From the IMG/VR virus record IMGVR_UViG_3300021090_000021, positions 1 through 61,596 of that record: a stretch of 61,596 bases of DNA; one strand, written 5' to 3'. This document shows positions 38,626 through 47,240 of this stretch, piece after piece. The position numbers and the translations under genes are program-made. Source of the DNA: a virus (taxonomy: Duplodnaviria; Caudoviricetes). Under the pieces are notes generated by a model that worked only from the letters and a program-made list of their open reading frames with translations, ran no database searches and was not told where the DNA came from. The stretch's first letter is position 1. Every line of letters starts with the position of its first letter.

Positions 38626-40277
38626 TGAGAATGGCCTCCCGGGATCGCGACAATCTCTCTGCCTGCTGGCGCCTGACGCGGGAGGAAAGCGGGGATATCC
38701 ATAGGGTCAGGCTTGGGCGCGCCTGCCACATCATCTCCCGCCTTGCAGCACGGAAACGTCAGCGCATCGAGAGTGAACGAGCCCGCGTTCGCATTGTCAG
38801 GGCGAGACGCGGGCTCCCGGCCGGCACCAGGGTGATCACCTCCGAGCGACCCGCTGCCATTCCCGACGATTTCCTGGGCCATGGCGGCCCGCGATGCCTT
38901 CGACGTCTCGGCCTCACCGGCCGATGGTTCGATCAACTCTCCGGTTTCCGCGTGGTGTGCCGGGATGAGCGATACCCATTCCTCCGGCGTCACGAACGCG
39001 GCTGGTACCAATGCGCCATCCGGCAAGCGCACCATGCCATGCTCGTTGGTGAGCGCACGCTGCGCCCGCGTCAGTGGCTCGACCTCGTTTCCCCAGGCCG
39101 CCCAGCCCGGGCGCGGCGGCCCGCGGCGGTTGAGCTCGATCTTCACCAGCGTCGGGAAATAGTCCTCCAGCATTTCGAGGAAGCATTCGGGCTTGGCCGA
39201 ATGCTCGCTCTTCTTCGCCATGATGAGTGAATCCCACTGCGTGCCTGGCGCGGGACACGGGGGCGCGCCGCGCGTACCGATCAGGAGCAGCTCGTGTTTG
39301 CCGCGGTTCCATCGGCCGAGCGAGATGCGATCCTTGCCCCAAGCGTAGTGTGATTTGTATATGAAGCCGCGCAGCTTCATCACATCCATCGCGATGGCGA
39401 GGTGCTGGATCGTCGACCACATCCACAGCATGCAGCCCCTGGGATCGACGATGCTCTCGATTGAGCGGCGCGCGACAATCTCCTCCGCGGTGTGCGCGTC
39501 CTCGCTCACCGGATAATGATTGGCGGCGTGCCTATCCATTCCGGTCTCGCGGCTATAGACCGTGTCGTCCCATTCGTAGTCCTCGAGGATCAGGCCGCAC
39601 TTGAGGTCGGGCAGCGTGCGCTGGAGCTCGCCAAGTTCGACTTCGCGGGCTGCGCGGGCCTCCTGCTTGATCACCTTACGGACCACGTTGGCGTGGCCGG
39701 CCTCGGCTTCGGCAGCAATCCGGCGTTGCTGGTCAGGGCCGAACGTCACGGCTTGCGCGGCCGCCGAGACGGCGAGCTTTCCTTGCTCCACGGCCCGCAC
39801 CAATTCCGGATCGGCCTTGTCGAGCACCGTGTCGGCGCGCTCAACTGTGCGTTTGCCGACGTTCATAATCTTGGCCCGTTCGGCTTGTGACTTTTCGCCA
39901 ATTGGCGAAAGGTCGGTCCGAGCCCCCTGCCCCAAGCGCGCGACGCGCGCGGCCGCCATGGCCCGCTGGCTCTCGTTGAGGTGGCGTCGTTTCAAATTCT
40001 TCGAAATGACAAACGTAAGCGGATCGCCCTCCCGATCAGGTAGAAATTTAGCGAAATGTTTGATGAAGATCGGCGTGCCGCCTTTGATAGGACCCTCCGC
40101 GCTGAACAGCCCGGCGGCAATCGCGGCGTTGTATCGGTTGCGGCCGTCCAGAACTTGTCCGTCGTGAACCACAATCCGTTCGCGCAAGCCATTGACCTTG
40201 ATATCGACCACGAGCTGCTCAAACTCATCGCCTTCAATGAGTGGGAAGATGTTCGCGAGCGGATGGAACGGGATCAT
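38622..40277 (-). CDS. ParB-like domain fused to MT-A70 family adenine methyltransferase
   Basis: HPLA..FP, LDGRNRY, NL.RRHL..SQRA; NHYP, W.K, HE.LL.G.RG, HS.KP, W..WGNE; catalytic DPPW appears as DYEW. Confidence 0.88.
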   Translation of the reverse strand: MIPFHPLANIFPLIEGDEFEQLVVDIKVNGLRERIVVHDGQVLDGRNRYNAAIAAGLFSAEGPIKGGTPIFIKHFAKFLPDREGDPLTFVISKNLKRRHLNESQRAMAAARVARLGQGARTDLSPIGEKSQAERAKIMNVGKRTVERADTVLDKADPELVRAVEQGKLAVSAAAQAVTFGPDQQRRIAAEAEAGHANVVRKVIKQEARAAREVELGELQRTLPDLKCGLILEDYEWDDTVYSRETGMDRHAANHYPVSEDAHTAEEIVARRSIESIVDPRGCMLWMWSTIQHLAIAMDVMKLRGFIYKSHYAWGKDRISLGRWNRGKHELLLIGTRGAPPCPAPGTQWDSLIMAKKSEHSAKPECFLEMLEDYFPTLVKIELNRRGPPRPGWAAWGNEVEPLTRAQRALTNEHGMVRLPDGALVPAAFVTPEEWVSLIPAHHAETGELIEPSAGEAETSKASRAAMAQEIVGNGSGSLGGDHPGAGREPASRPDNANAGSFTLDALTFPCCKAGDDVAGAPKPDPMDIPAFLPRQAPAGREIVAIPGGHSQ

Positions 40278-41446
40278 CGGATCGCCTCTACGTGTGCGGC
40301 TACCTGGCGCACGAGCCGCGACGGGCGGTCGAGCACCGCGGTCAGCGCTGCCTCGCGATAGATCGGCGAGGTCCGTACGCGATACTCAGATGCACTGAAG
40401 TTGAAGGCCTGCTGCTCATCGTTCCAGGTTCGGGCGGACCGCCACACCAGCCGCTCGCGAATGATCGGATGCATATTTCCAGCATCCTCGACCGCGAAGA
40501 GATTGCCGTTGTCGAGAATTCCGTCCTCCTCGCCGGCGCTCACCTCGAGCGCCAGTGATGCGAGCTGATCGAGCGCCGGCGTGCCCTCCTGATAGGTGCA
40601 GAGCTTCGCTAGGCGCCGGCCGCCGTGATGCAAGGCGACCTGCACGGCGCCATGACCGCTCGCCGAGATCGGGCCCTGCAGTCGCACGCCGATCGTAAAC
40701 CGCTCGCCCGGGAGCATCACCTCCTCGCCCCGCGCGAACGCCGAGACCGACTGAGCCCCGATGATAGCCGCCGCGATCATGGCGGCACGGCGCACGATTC
40801 TTCGCTCAGCACGAACGGTCTTGCGCAACGCCGGCTCCCGCCGTTGCACGGCCACATGCGTCGTTCGGATGGCGCTGCGCTGCCGATCCATATCCGCGAA
40901 CACCGCAGCCCGCGCCTGCGTCGTGTCGCCACCGCTAGAGGAAATTCCCAGGACGATCCGGAACAGCGCTCGCTGGTGCTCGATCTCTTCCATACCCTTG
41001 ACGTAGCGACGGATCGCGCGCGGCGAATCGAGCCGGCGGGCGCACCGCGGCGTCGGCTTCATCGAGCGGTCGAGCCGCCAGTGGTTCAGGAACGGCTCGA
41101 GGCAGCCGCCCTTGGTCTCGTCCTCGAAGCGGGCCTGCGCGAACCACTCCGCATTGTGCAGCGTGTTGACGTAGATGGAATTGACACCGAGGAAGATCAG
41201 CGCGTCGCGCCGATCCGGCGAACATCCGCACGCGAGCTCCGCGCCGTAACGCTCGATCCGGAGCGCCTGGGCATAGCGACCGCGCGAACTCCTGATCTCA
41301 TCACCAATGATCTCCGCGAGCGCCCACGCATCGCCGTAGAGCTGGCAGACGAGGAACACCGCGGCGGTGATCTCGCCTCCCTCGCCCACGCGGCGGTCGA
41401 GCACCCGCTGCACCGGCTCCGGAAGCGCTGTGAGACGGATGTCCAC
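40274..41446 (-). CDS. Hypothetical protein (LC...TP..D.L..L motif)
   Basis: 390-aa ORF in the operon. Confidence 0.6.
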   Translation of the reverse strand: MDIRLTALPEPVQRVLDRRVGEGGEITAAVFLVCQLYGDAWALAEIIGDEIRSSRGRYAQALRIERYGAELACGCSPDRRDALIFLGVNSIYVNTLHNAEWFAQARFEDETKGGCLEPFLNHWRLDRSMKPTPRCARRLDSPRAIRRYVKGMEEIEHQRALFRIVLGISSSGGDTTQARAAVFADMDRQRSAIRTTHVAVQRREPALRKTVRAERRIVRRAAMIAAAIIGAQSVSAFARGEEVMLPGERFTIGVRLQGPISASGHGAVQVALHHGGRRLAKLCTYQEGTPALDQLASLALEVSAGEEDGILDNGNLFAVEDAGNMHPIIRERLVWRSARTWNDEQQAFNFSASEYRVRTSPIYREAALTAVLDRPSRLVRQVAAHVEAIR

Positions 41447-41448
41447 GC

Positions 41449-41820
41449 TCAGCCTCCCCGCCGCTGCCGCACGCCGACGCTTTCGGCGCGGGCGATCTCC
41501 GCCGGCGCCTTGCTCTTGCGCGCGCGCCGCACCGGCGCCGCCGGCGTGCCGACCACCTCGCCAGCACCGGCGCCGACGAAGCGCGCGAAGTCCTCATCGC
41601 GCACCGCGAGCGCGCGATAGCGGCGCGCATCGGCGGAGTCCCTGAGCTCAGTCTTGGCCGGCGCCACGGCACCGCCGAACCGGGGCTCGATGATGAAGAA
41701 CACGATCCCCTCGGCCATCTTCTTCTCGATGATGGCCTCCATCTCGGCGTCACGATCCTCCGTCCAGATGATCGTCACATCGCCTTGTTCGTTTAGAAGG
41801 GTGAGGGCGCGCGTGTTCAT
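41449..41820 (-). CDS. Small hypothetical protein ending in Gly-Gly
   Basis: GDVTIIW N-terminal motif; C-terminus RQRRGG. Confidence 0.65.
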   Translation of the reverse strand: MNTRALTLLNEQGDVTIIWTEDRDAEMEAIIEKKMAEGIVFFIIEPRFGGAVAPAKTELRDSADARRYRALAVRDEDFARFVGAGAGEVVGTPAAPVRRARKSKAPAEIARAESVGVRQRRGG

Positions 41821-42323
41821 GCGGCGAGTGCCTCCCGCACCAGCTCATCAGGCACGTTGAAGAAACCGAGGGCGCCTTTGAACTGGACAAACGGCAGCGC
41901 CCGCGCGTCGGCGAGGACCAGCCCATAGGGGCCGAAGAACCATTGCGAGGATTGAGCGACAGTCACGCGCGCATCTCTAAACGTGGTGATATTGCCACCC
42001 TCGATGATGCCGATCATCTCGGCGACGCCAACGATCCCGCCGTAGATCCCGCCGCGACCGTGGTGCCGCTCCCGCCACTGCGGCATCGCTGAGATCAGGT
42101 CGGCCCTGCCGGAAGTCCTGAGCACGCACTCACAACCTTCCCAGTCGTCAAGGCGCGTCGTCTGCGAGGCATGAATGAGGATGCGGCGATCTGTCTCCGC
42201 AATGAGATTGTGCGCTTGAGCCAGGTGCGGACTCTTGGGGCTCCAATCGCGGTTCTCCACGTCCTTACCGGCGTGAAACATCGCCCAGGCCCATGGCTGT
42301 CGGGTGGAGAGTGCCTTCATCAC
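41817..42323 (-). CDS. ASCH domain protein
   Basis: ALS.RQPWAW, GKDVENR.W, I.IHA, W..GPYG..L, KG.LGFF. Confidence 0.9.
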   Translation of the reverse strand: MMKALSTRQPWAWAMFHAGKDVENRDWSPKSPHLAQAHNLIAETDRRILIHASQTTRLDDWEGCECVLRTSGRADLISAMPQWRERHHGRGGIYGGIVGVAEMIGIIEGGNITTFRDARVTVAQSSQWFFGPYGLVLADARALPFVQFKGALGFFNVPDELVREALAA

Positions 42324-42640
42324 AATCCCTCGATCACTTCGCCATCGAGCTTCGGGTCCGGCCCGGCCTGCGACACCTGCATGCTCGATCGGTCGGCGAT
42401 GCAGGCGATCAGCGCCCTCAGCAGCAGGTCATAGGGGCCGAGTTTCTTGCGCCAGAAATTGGAAACGCGCCCGCGGCGCCAGACGCCCGGTGACCTGGCG
42501 TATTCCGGCGACTTGCGCAGCCGAACCTCGTACTGGCCGACGTCCTGGTTGCCGCCGACGTTGACAATCTCGGCACGTCCGATCTCGCGTTTGCGTGCCT
42601 CGCTCCCGCCGTGCCACATTTCGATCCTGCACACGAGCAT
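42320..42640 (-). CDS. Phage hypothetical protein
   Basis: Coupled ORF in the early operon. Confidence 0.6.
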   Translation of the reverse strand: MLVCRIEMWHGGSEARKREIGRAEIVNVGGNQDVGQYEVRLRKSPEYARSPGVWRRGRVSNFWRKKLGPYDLLLRALIACIADRSSMQVSQAGPDPKLDGEVIEGL

Positions 42641-42921
42641 CAGATCAATCCCCGGTCATCGGCGAGCCAGCTCGGCATCGTGATCTCGACCAGTGGCCAT
42701 TTCGGTTTGCCGACCAGGCCGATGGTCTTTCCGGTCTCCCGGATGGTGATCTGTGAGAGCGGCAGTAACACCGCCACGCGCTCATCGCCGGTCTCGGAGA
42801 CCTTGAGGGTGCGGCCGATCTCACCGTGGCTCGCCAGGTCGAGGGTTACGGTGTCCTTGTTCGCGGTCTCGCGCGTATCGTCGAACACAAGATCGCCAAA
42901 GAGGTCGTCGTCCTGAGTCAT
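42640..42921 (-). CDS. Phage hypothetical protein
   Basis: LP.SQI...ITMP.WLA..RGL. Confidence 0.65.
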   Translation of the reverse strand: MTQDDDLFGDLVFDDTRETANKDTVTLDLASHGEIGRTLKVSETGDERVAVLLPLSQITIRETGKTIGLVGKPKWPLVEITMPSWLADDRGLI

Positions 42922-43871
42922 GAGGGCGCTCCCGCGAAGGGGATGACATTGGCTCCAATCGACACATCAGCCGCACCGGCCGCCGGCAACTCAGCAGCCA
43001 TCGGCAGCGGCCACGGCATCGATTTGATTGCATGGTCCTTGATGCCGAGCGTCCACAGCCGCGGCCGGCCGCAATCCGGGTGCGGCTCGATCGCCGCCAG
43101 CAGGCGCTCGATCACCGCATCGCGGCGCATGTCCCATCCGCACTTCGGGCCGACGACGGTCTGGCGCTTCAGGCTCTCGCAGAAGCTGCGCATCAACGCC
43201 GGCGTCGCGGTCTCGAAGGCCTCGGCAAGATTCTTTAGATTTCCCGACGGCAACCCGAATGGATTGAGATAGCGGGCGAGAATATGCTCGCGCTCGAACT
43301 GCCCGGGCAGCTTCACGTCGATCTGAATCTCGAAGCGGCGCCACACGCTCTCGTCGATCGCGTCGGCGCGGTTGGTGGCGGCGATGATGAAGGAATCATA
43401 GGCATCGAGCCGCGCCAGCAGCGCGTTCACCATGGCGTTGTGGTCGTGCTCCACGGTCGGGTTGATGCCGGTGTGCATGCGCTTCTGCGCCAGCGTGTCG
43501 AATTCATCGAAGAACAGCAGCAGTGGTTGACCGGCCTCCTTTGCAGCCGCTTCCGCCGCATCGAAGACCGCCTTGACGTTCGAGGTCCCGGTGCCGACGT
43601 AGCGGCCGTGGATGTCATCGGGACGGATGATCGCCATCGGCAGCCCGAGCCGGGCCGCGAGATGATGCGCGAGCGTGGTCTTGCCGGTGCCGGCCGCGCC
43701 GGAGAACAGCGCACGCCGGCGCTCCTTGAGCCCAACGGCAGCGAGCTCTTCCTTGGCCCAGACTTCCGTCAGCCATTCCAGCAGCGCGTTGCGCACCGGC
43801 TTCGCCAGGATCGGCTCCTGCGCTTCCTCGGGCGTCACGATCTGGCTGAACTCTTTGAATCTTTCCGACAC
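42918..43871 (-). CDS. AAA+ ATPase
   Basis: GAAGTGKT, LLFFDEFD, AATNR...ID..VWRRF. Confidence 0.92.
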   Translation of the reverse strand: MSERFKEFSQIVTPEEAQEPILAKPVRNALLEWLTEVWAKEELAAVGLKERRRALFSGAAGTGKTTLAHHLAARLGLPMAIIRPDDIHGRYVGTGTSNVKAVFDAAEAAAKEAGQPLLLFFDEFDTLAQKRMHTGINPTVEHDHNAMVNALLARLDAYDSFIIAATNRADAIDESVWRRFEIQIDVKLPGQFEREHILARYLNPFGLPSGNLKNLAEAFETATPALMRSFCESLKRQTVVGPKCGWDMRRDAVIERLLAAIEPHPDCGRPRLWTLGIKDHAIKSMPWPLPMAAELPAAGAADVSIGANVIPFAGAPS

Positions 43872-43874
43872 GCG

Positions 43875-44540
43875 CTATTCCTCCGGGCCCATGCCGTCGC
43901 CGCCGCTCTCGATGCGCCAGCCCTTGTCCCAATGCGCGCGGCGGGAATCGCCGAACGGGAACGGGTTGTTGATGATGGGGACATCAGCCTTGAACGCGGC
44001 ACGGCCCAACTTGATGGCGCCGTCGGAATCGACATCGGGAACGTCGACTTTCGGCGGCGCGGCGGGACGCTTGGCCGCACCGGCCTTGCCGGGCTCGACC
44101 GGCGTCTCGATGACCTCGGTCACGGAAATGTTGCCGTCCTTGTCGCGGGTCAGGCGAACCGGCGCACCGCCGGCCTCGACCGTGATCGATCCGTTTGCCG
44201 GCACGAAGGACTTCATCGCCTCGATCACGGACTCGCGTGCGGTGATGTCGACCTTCATCAGGCCGACGGCGCGGAACAGCGGGTTATCCGCCGCCATGCC
44301 CATGGCGTGCAGATACATGTCCTCCAGCGCCTCGGCTTCTGCGCGATCCGACGGCTTCATCTTCCGTTTCTTGACGATGTAGCGGATGTCGGCGGGGATC
44401 AGGTTCGCGGCCTTGGCTTCGGCCATGACGACACCCTTGTCCTGCTGGAGCTGCTTGATCTGTGCGTCGAGGTTCTCGACACGCTCGACGAAGCCACGCA
44501 GTAGCTCGCCGCCGATGGTGTTCTGGCCGATGCTCATCAT
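43875..44540 (-). CDS. GapR/DUF2312-like nucleoid protein with C-terminal extension (RMF-like motif)
   Basis: LRGFVERVE.L......D...V.AEAK...R.IVK.RK..R.E.EA...Y..A.GM; C-terminal NPFP...W.KGW. Confidence 0.8.
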   Translation of the reverse strand: MMSIGQNTIGGELLRGFVERVENLDAQIKQLQQDKGVVMAEAKAANLIPADIRYIVKKRKMKPSDRAEAEALEDMYLHAMGMAADNPLFRAVGLMKVDITARESVIEAMKSFVPANGSITVEAGGAPVRLTRDKDGNISVTEVIETPVEPGKAGAAKRPAAPPKVDVPDVDSDGAIKLGRAAFKADVPIINNPFPFGDSRRAHWDKGWRIESGGDGMGPEE

Positions 44541-45553
44541 GATGCCTCCGATGTAGGATGCGTAGCGGCTGCAAAGCCGAGACTGCGGATCAGATTGGCG
44601 CTGTCGGCGAACCGCGCGTGGCCCAGCCAGGCCGTCAGGAACTGCTGCAGCCGATCGTCGTCGCCGTTGGCGCGGTAGGACGCGATCTTGCGCCGGGCGC
44701 GGACCACACTGTCGCGGCGCAGCAACTTATGACTTGGCCAGATGCGATAGCCGAGGAAGTTCACGCCGCGCGAGATCGGTGCAATCTGCCACTTGGAAAA
44801 GCGAAGGCCGAGCTCGGCGCGAGAGAACACCTCAACGCTCGCCTTGACGCGACGCAGGTGCTCGCTGCTCGCGCCGAGCACGACCAGATCGTCCATGTAG
44901 CGGTACCAAAACCGCTCACCCAGGCCCTGCTGCAGGTGCCGGTCGAGCGTGGCGCCGGTATAGTAGTTGGCGAAGATCTGCGAGGTGAGGCTGCCGATCG
45001 GCAGGCCGATGCCCGCACGCGGCACCATGGTGGTGAGCAGGCGCAGCGTCGCGCGGCAGCTGATCTTGGCTTCGATAAGCCGCCATAGGGTCGCCAGTTC
45101 GATTGAGGCGAAATAGCCGGAGAAGTCGGTCTTGAGGAAATAGAGCGGTTCGGACGGATCGCGCGATAGCCGCCGCAGGTCGCTCTGCAAGAGCCGCACA
45201 CCGGCATGCGTGCCCTTGCCCGGGCGGCAGGCGAAGGCCCGCGGCAGCAAGGCACGATCGAAGATCGGCGCAATGACCAGGCACAAGGCCTGCTGCGCGA
45301 CGCGGTCGCGGAACGGCAGGGCCGAGATCAGCCGGCGCTTGGGATCGAAGATCAGGAATTCGTTGGGCGTCCCCGGCCGGTAGGTGCCGTCCGCCATCTC
45401 CTCGGCGAGTGCTGCGAGGTTGAGCGCGTCATATTCCTTGAACGCGAGGTAGCTCGGCGTCAGGCGCTTGCCGCAGCAGGTCAGCCGGTACGCCGCCTGC
45501 ATCGTGCAAAAGTCGGTGATGCGTGCAATCAGGTTGCGATAACGCTTTGCCAT
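44537..45553 (-). CDS. brt: DGR reverse transcriptase
   Basis: PK.R.I.A.PFRDRV.Q, ACR.GKGTH, LK.DF..YF.SI, GLPIGSLTSQ (DGR-type SQ motif), RYMDD, FLGY. Confidence 0.96.
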   Translation of the reverse strand: MAKRYRNLIARITDFCTMQAAYRLTCCGKRLTPSYLAFKEYDALNLAALAEEMADGTYRPGTPNEFLIFDPKRRLISALPFRDRVAQQALCLVIAPIFDRALLPRAFACRPGKGTHAGVRLLQSDLRRLSRDPSEPLYFLKTDFSGYFASIELATLWRLIEAKISCRATLRLLTTMVPRAGIGLPIGSLTSQIFANYYTGATLDRHLQQGLGERFWYRYMDDLVVLGASSEHLRRVKASVEVFSRAELGLRFSKWQIAPISRGVNFLGYRIWPSHKLLRRDSVVRARRKIASYRANGDDDRLQQFLTAWLGHARFADSANLIRSLGFAAATHPTSEAS

Positions 45554-45740
45554 GGGTGACCTAGGGAAAGCCGGCCGCGGGTCTCGACGGGTTTCCCCGC
45601 TACGCCCCGCTCTGCCGGACCGTGAAATGTGTTCGCCGAAGCAGGACAGGCGGGCTGACCACCGATCGCGATCACAAAGCATGTGAACGCGAGTGGCCGG
45701 CCGGCGGGACCGTGATCGCCGCCGAGCCGCAAACCGGTCG

Positions 45741-45868
45741 TCACCGCGGCCGCGCGCACCGATGTTGTCGTCGGAATTGTCGGGCCAGTTGTACGCGACG
45801 TTCGCGTAGCGCGAGCCAGCGTTGTCGCCGTTGTACCAGCTGCCGCCGAACATCGAGGCGCGGGGCAT
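45741..45868 (-). repeat. DGR template repeat (TR)
   Basis: 128 bp matching 46333-46460 except at 10 positions, all TR adenines; 24 adenines, six Asn codons. Confidence 0.97.
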
Positions 45869-45870
45869 CA

Positions 45871-46281
45871 TCATCGTTTCCCCGCCTGCCCCATCGGACG
45901 CGCGAGCGCGTCCGAACTCTGTTGCCCGAGCTTCCTTTGCCAGGCGCCCAGCATCCGCCCCGGCTCCGACAGCAACGCCAGCGCGGTGCCGTGCTGATGC
46001 GGGGTGAGGATCCTGATGCCGTCCCTGACGAGGAAACGCAGATGTGACCGCAGGGTCGCGAATTCGGCGTCGACGGCATGAAGCCTCGACACCTGCCGCG
46101 ACCGAGCGGCGTGATAGAGACCTCCGATCGGCACGAACAGTGCCGCGAGCACGATGTCACGGATGACTCCGTGCCGCCGCGGCGCATTCTGCAGGATCGG
46201 ATAGAGATAGGTCACGAAGGCCTCATATTTTTCAACGATCGCCAGACCGTCAGTTGCAAGGTTGTCATCCCTGGCGATCAT
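45871..46281 (-). CDS. avd: DGR accessory variability determinant
   Basis: L.IVEKYE....YLYP..QN.PR.H...RD...L...DA..A.LR..LRF...E.G.MLG.W; lies between target and TR. Confidence 0.93.
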   Translation of the reverse strand: MIARDDNLATDGLAIVEKYEAFVTYLYPILQNAPRRHGVIRDIVLAALFVPIGGLYHAARSRQVSRLHAVDAEFATLRSHLRFLVRDGIRILTPHQHGTALALLSEPGRMLGAWQRKLGQQSSDALARPMGQAGKR

Positions 46282-46293
46282 CGTTGGACCGGG

Positions 46294-46315
46294 AGCCGTC
46301 GCTGTCGCGACGGCT
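46294..46315 (-). promoter_or_regulatory. DGR target-recognition hairpin/cruciform downstream of VR-IMH
   Basis: Perfect 9-bp stem agccgtcgc/gcgacggct, loop GACA on the coding strand, overlapping the target stop codon. Confidence 0.88.
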
Positions 46316-47237
46316 AAGCAAGTTGCAGGTGATCACCGCGGCCGCGCGCACCGATGTGGCCGCCGGAATTGTCGGGCCAGTTGCACGCGACGTACGCGCA
46401 GCGCGAGCCAGCGTAGCCGCCGGAGTACCAGCTGCCGCCGAACATCGAGGCGCGGGGCATGTAGGGATCTCCGTCGTGACCCCAAGCCCAGAGATTGCCG
46501 GTCGCCTGCATGAGACCGAACTTGCTCGTGCGCGGCGCGTCGAGGCCCGTGACCTTGGGGTCGTCGCGGCACGACGACTTTTCCGTGACGCCATAAGCTG
46601 CCGCGAAAAACTCCTCGGGTCCGAGCAATCCCTTGCGGTGATGCTTCATCACCGCCACGGCGGTGTCGTAGTCGAGCTTCTTGAACGTCCCGCCGGCCGG
46701 CTTGAGCGGCGGGTCATCGCCGTCCGCGATCAGCACACCGAATTTGCTGGTGCCGTCGCCAACATGATTGACGCCGAGCAGATAGATGTCGGCCCAGAAC
46801 GTGCGCCCGGGCACGTCGACCAGCGCCATGCCGCGGGGATCGGGACATGCCGGCCGGAAGTTGATGTCCCAGAGCGAGCAGGGATTGATCGCGGGCACGG
46901 TGTCACCGCCGCTGCGCGCGGTCGCATTGCCGCCCGGTGCGAAATGAAAACCGCCGAGCAGGATGTCGCCGTGCGGAATGATCGTGGTCCGCGCGATCGA
47001 GACCTCGCCGTCCCTGACGTGCACCTCGTAGTCCGCGCCGGCGATGTAGCCGGGCTCGCCTTTCTCGTTGAGATGCAGCGAGACCGGCGTGTCATCGGTA
47101 AAACGATGCCCGGCGAAGATCGTGCCGGCCTTGATGACGATCGCGGACGATCCGGTCACCTTGAAGACCGGCGATCCCGGGTCGGGCTTGACCAGCCGCT
47201 GGGCGGTGTCGGCCGCAACAGACGCGCGCTTGTTCAT
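46314..47237 (-). CDS. mtd: DGR target: Mtd-like C-type-lectin-fold protein lacking the N-terminal anchor domain
   Basis: Blocks recalled from BPP-1 Mtd: IKAGT, GGFH.APG.NA, SLWDI.FRP...DPRGM.LV, FWADIYLLGVNH..DGTSK, TSK.G..QA.G.LW.WG, FGG.W, GSR, GARG..DHL. Confidence 0.92.
   Translation of the reverse strand: MNKRASVAADTAQRLVKPDPGSPVFKVTGSSAIVIKAGTIFAGHRFTDDTPVSLHLNEKGEPGYIAGADYEVHVRDGEVSIARTTIIPHGDILLGGFHFAPGGNATARSGGDTVPAINPCSLWDINFRPACPDPRGMALVDVPGRTFWADIYLLGVNHVGDGTSKFGVLIADGDDPPLKPAGGTFKKLDYDTAVAVMKHHRKGLLGPEEFFAAAYGVTEKSSCRDDPKVTGLDAPRTSKFGLMQATGNLWAWGHDGDPYMPRASMFGGSWYSGGYAGSRCAYVACNWPDNSGGHIGARGRGDHLQLA
46333..46460 (-). repeat. DGR variable repeat (VR)
   Basis: 3' end of the target gene; GC-rich element GGTGCGCGCGGCCGCGG followed by divergence from TR (IMH vs IMH*). 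Confidence 0.97.
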
Positions 47238-47240
47238 GTG

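Noticed and set aside
44537-45553. RT as a group II intron, retron or Abi RT
   Set aside because: Short RT with the SQ motif, no maturase/endonuclease domain, and adjacent avd plus a TR/VR pair identify a DGR
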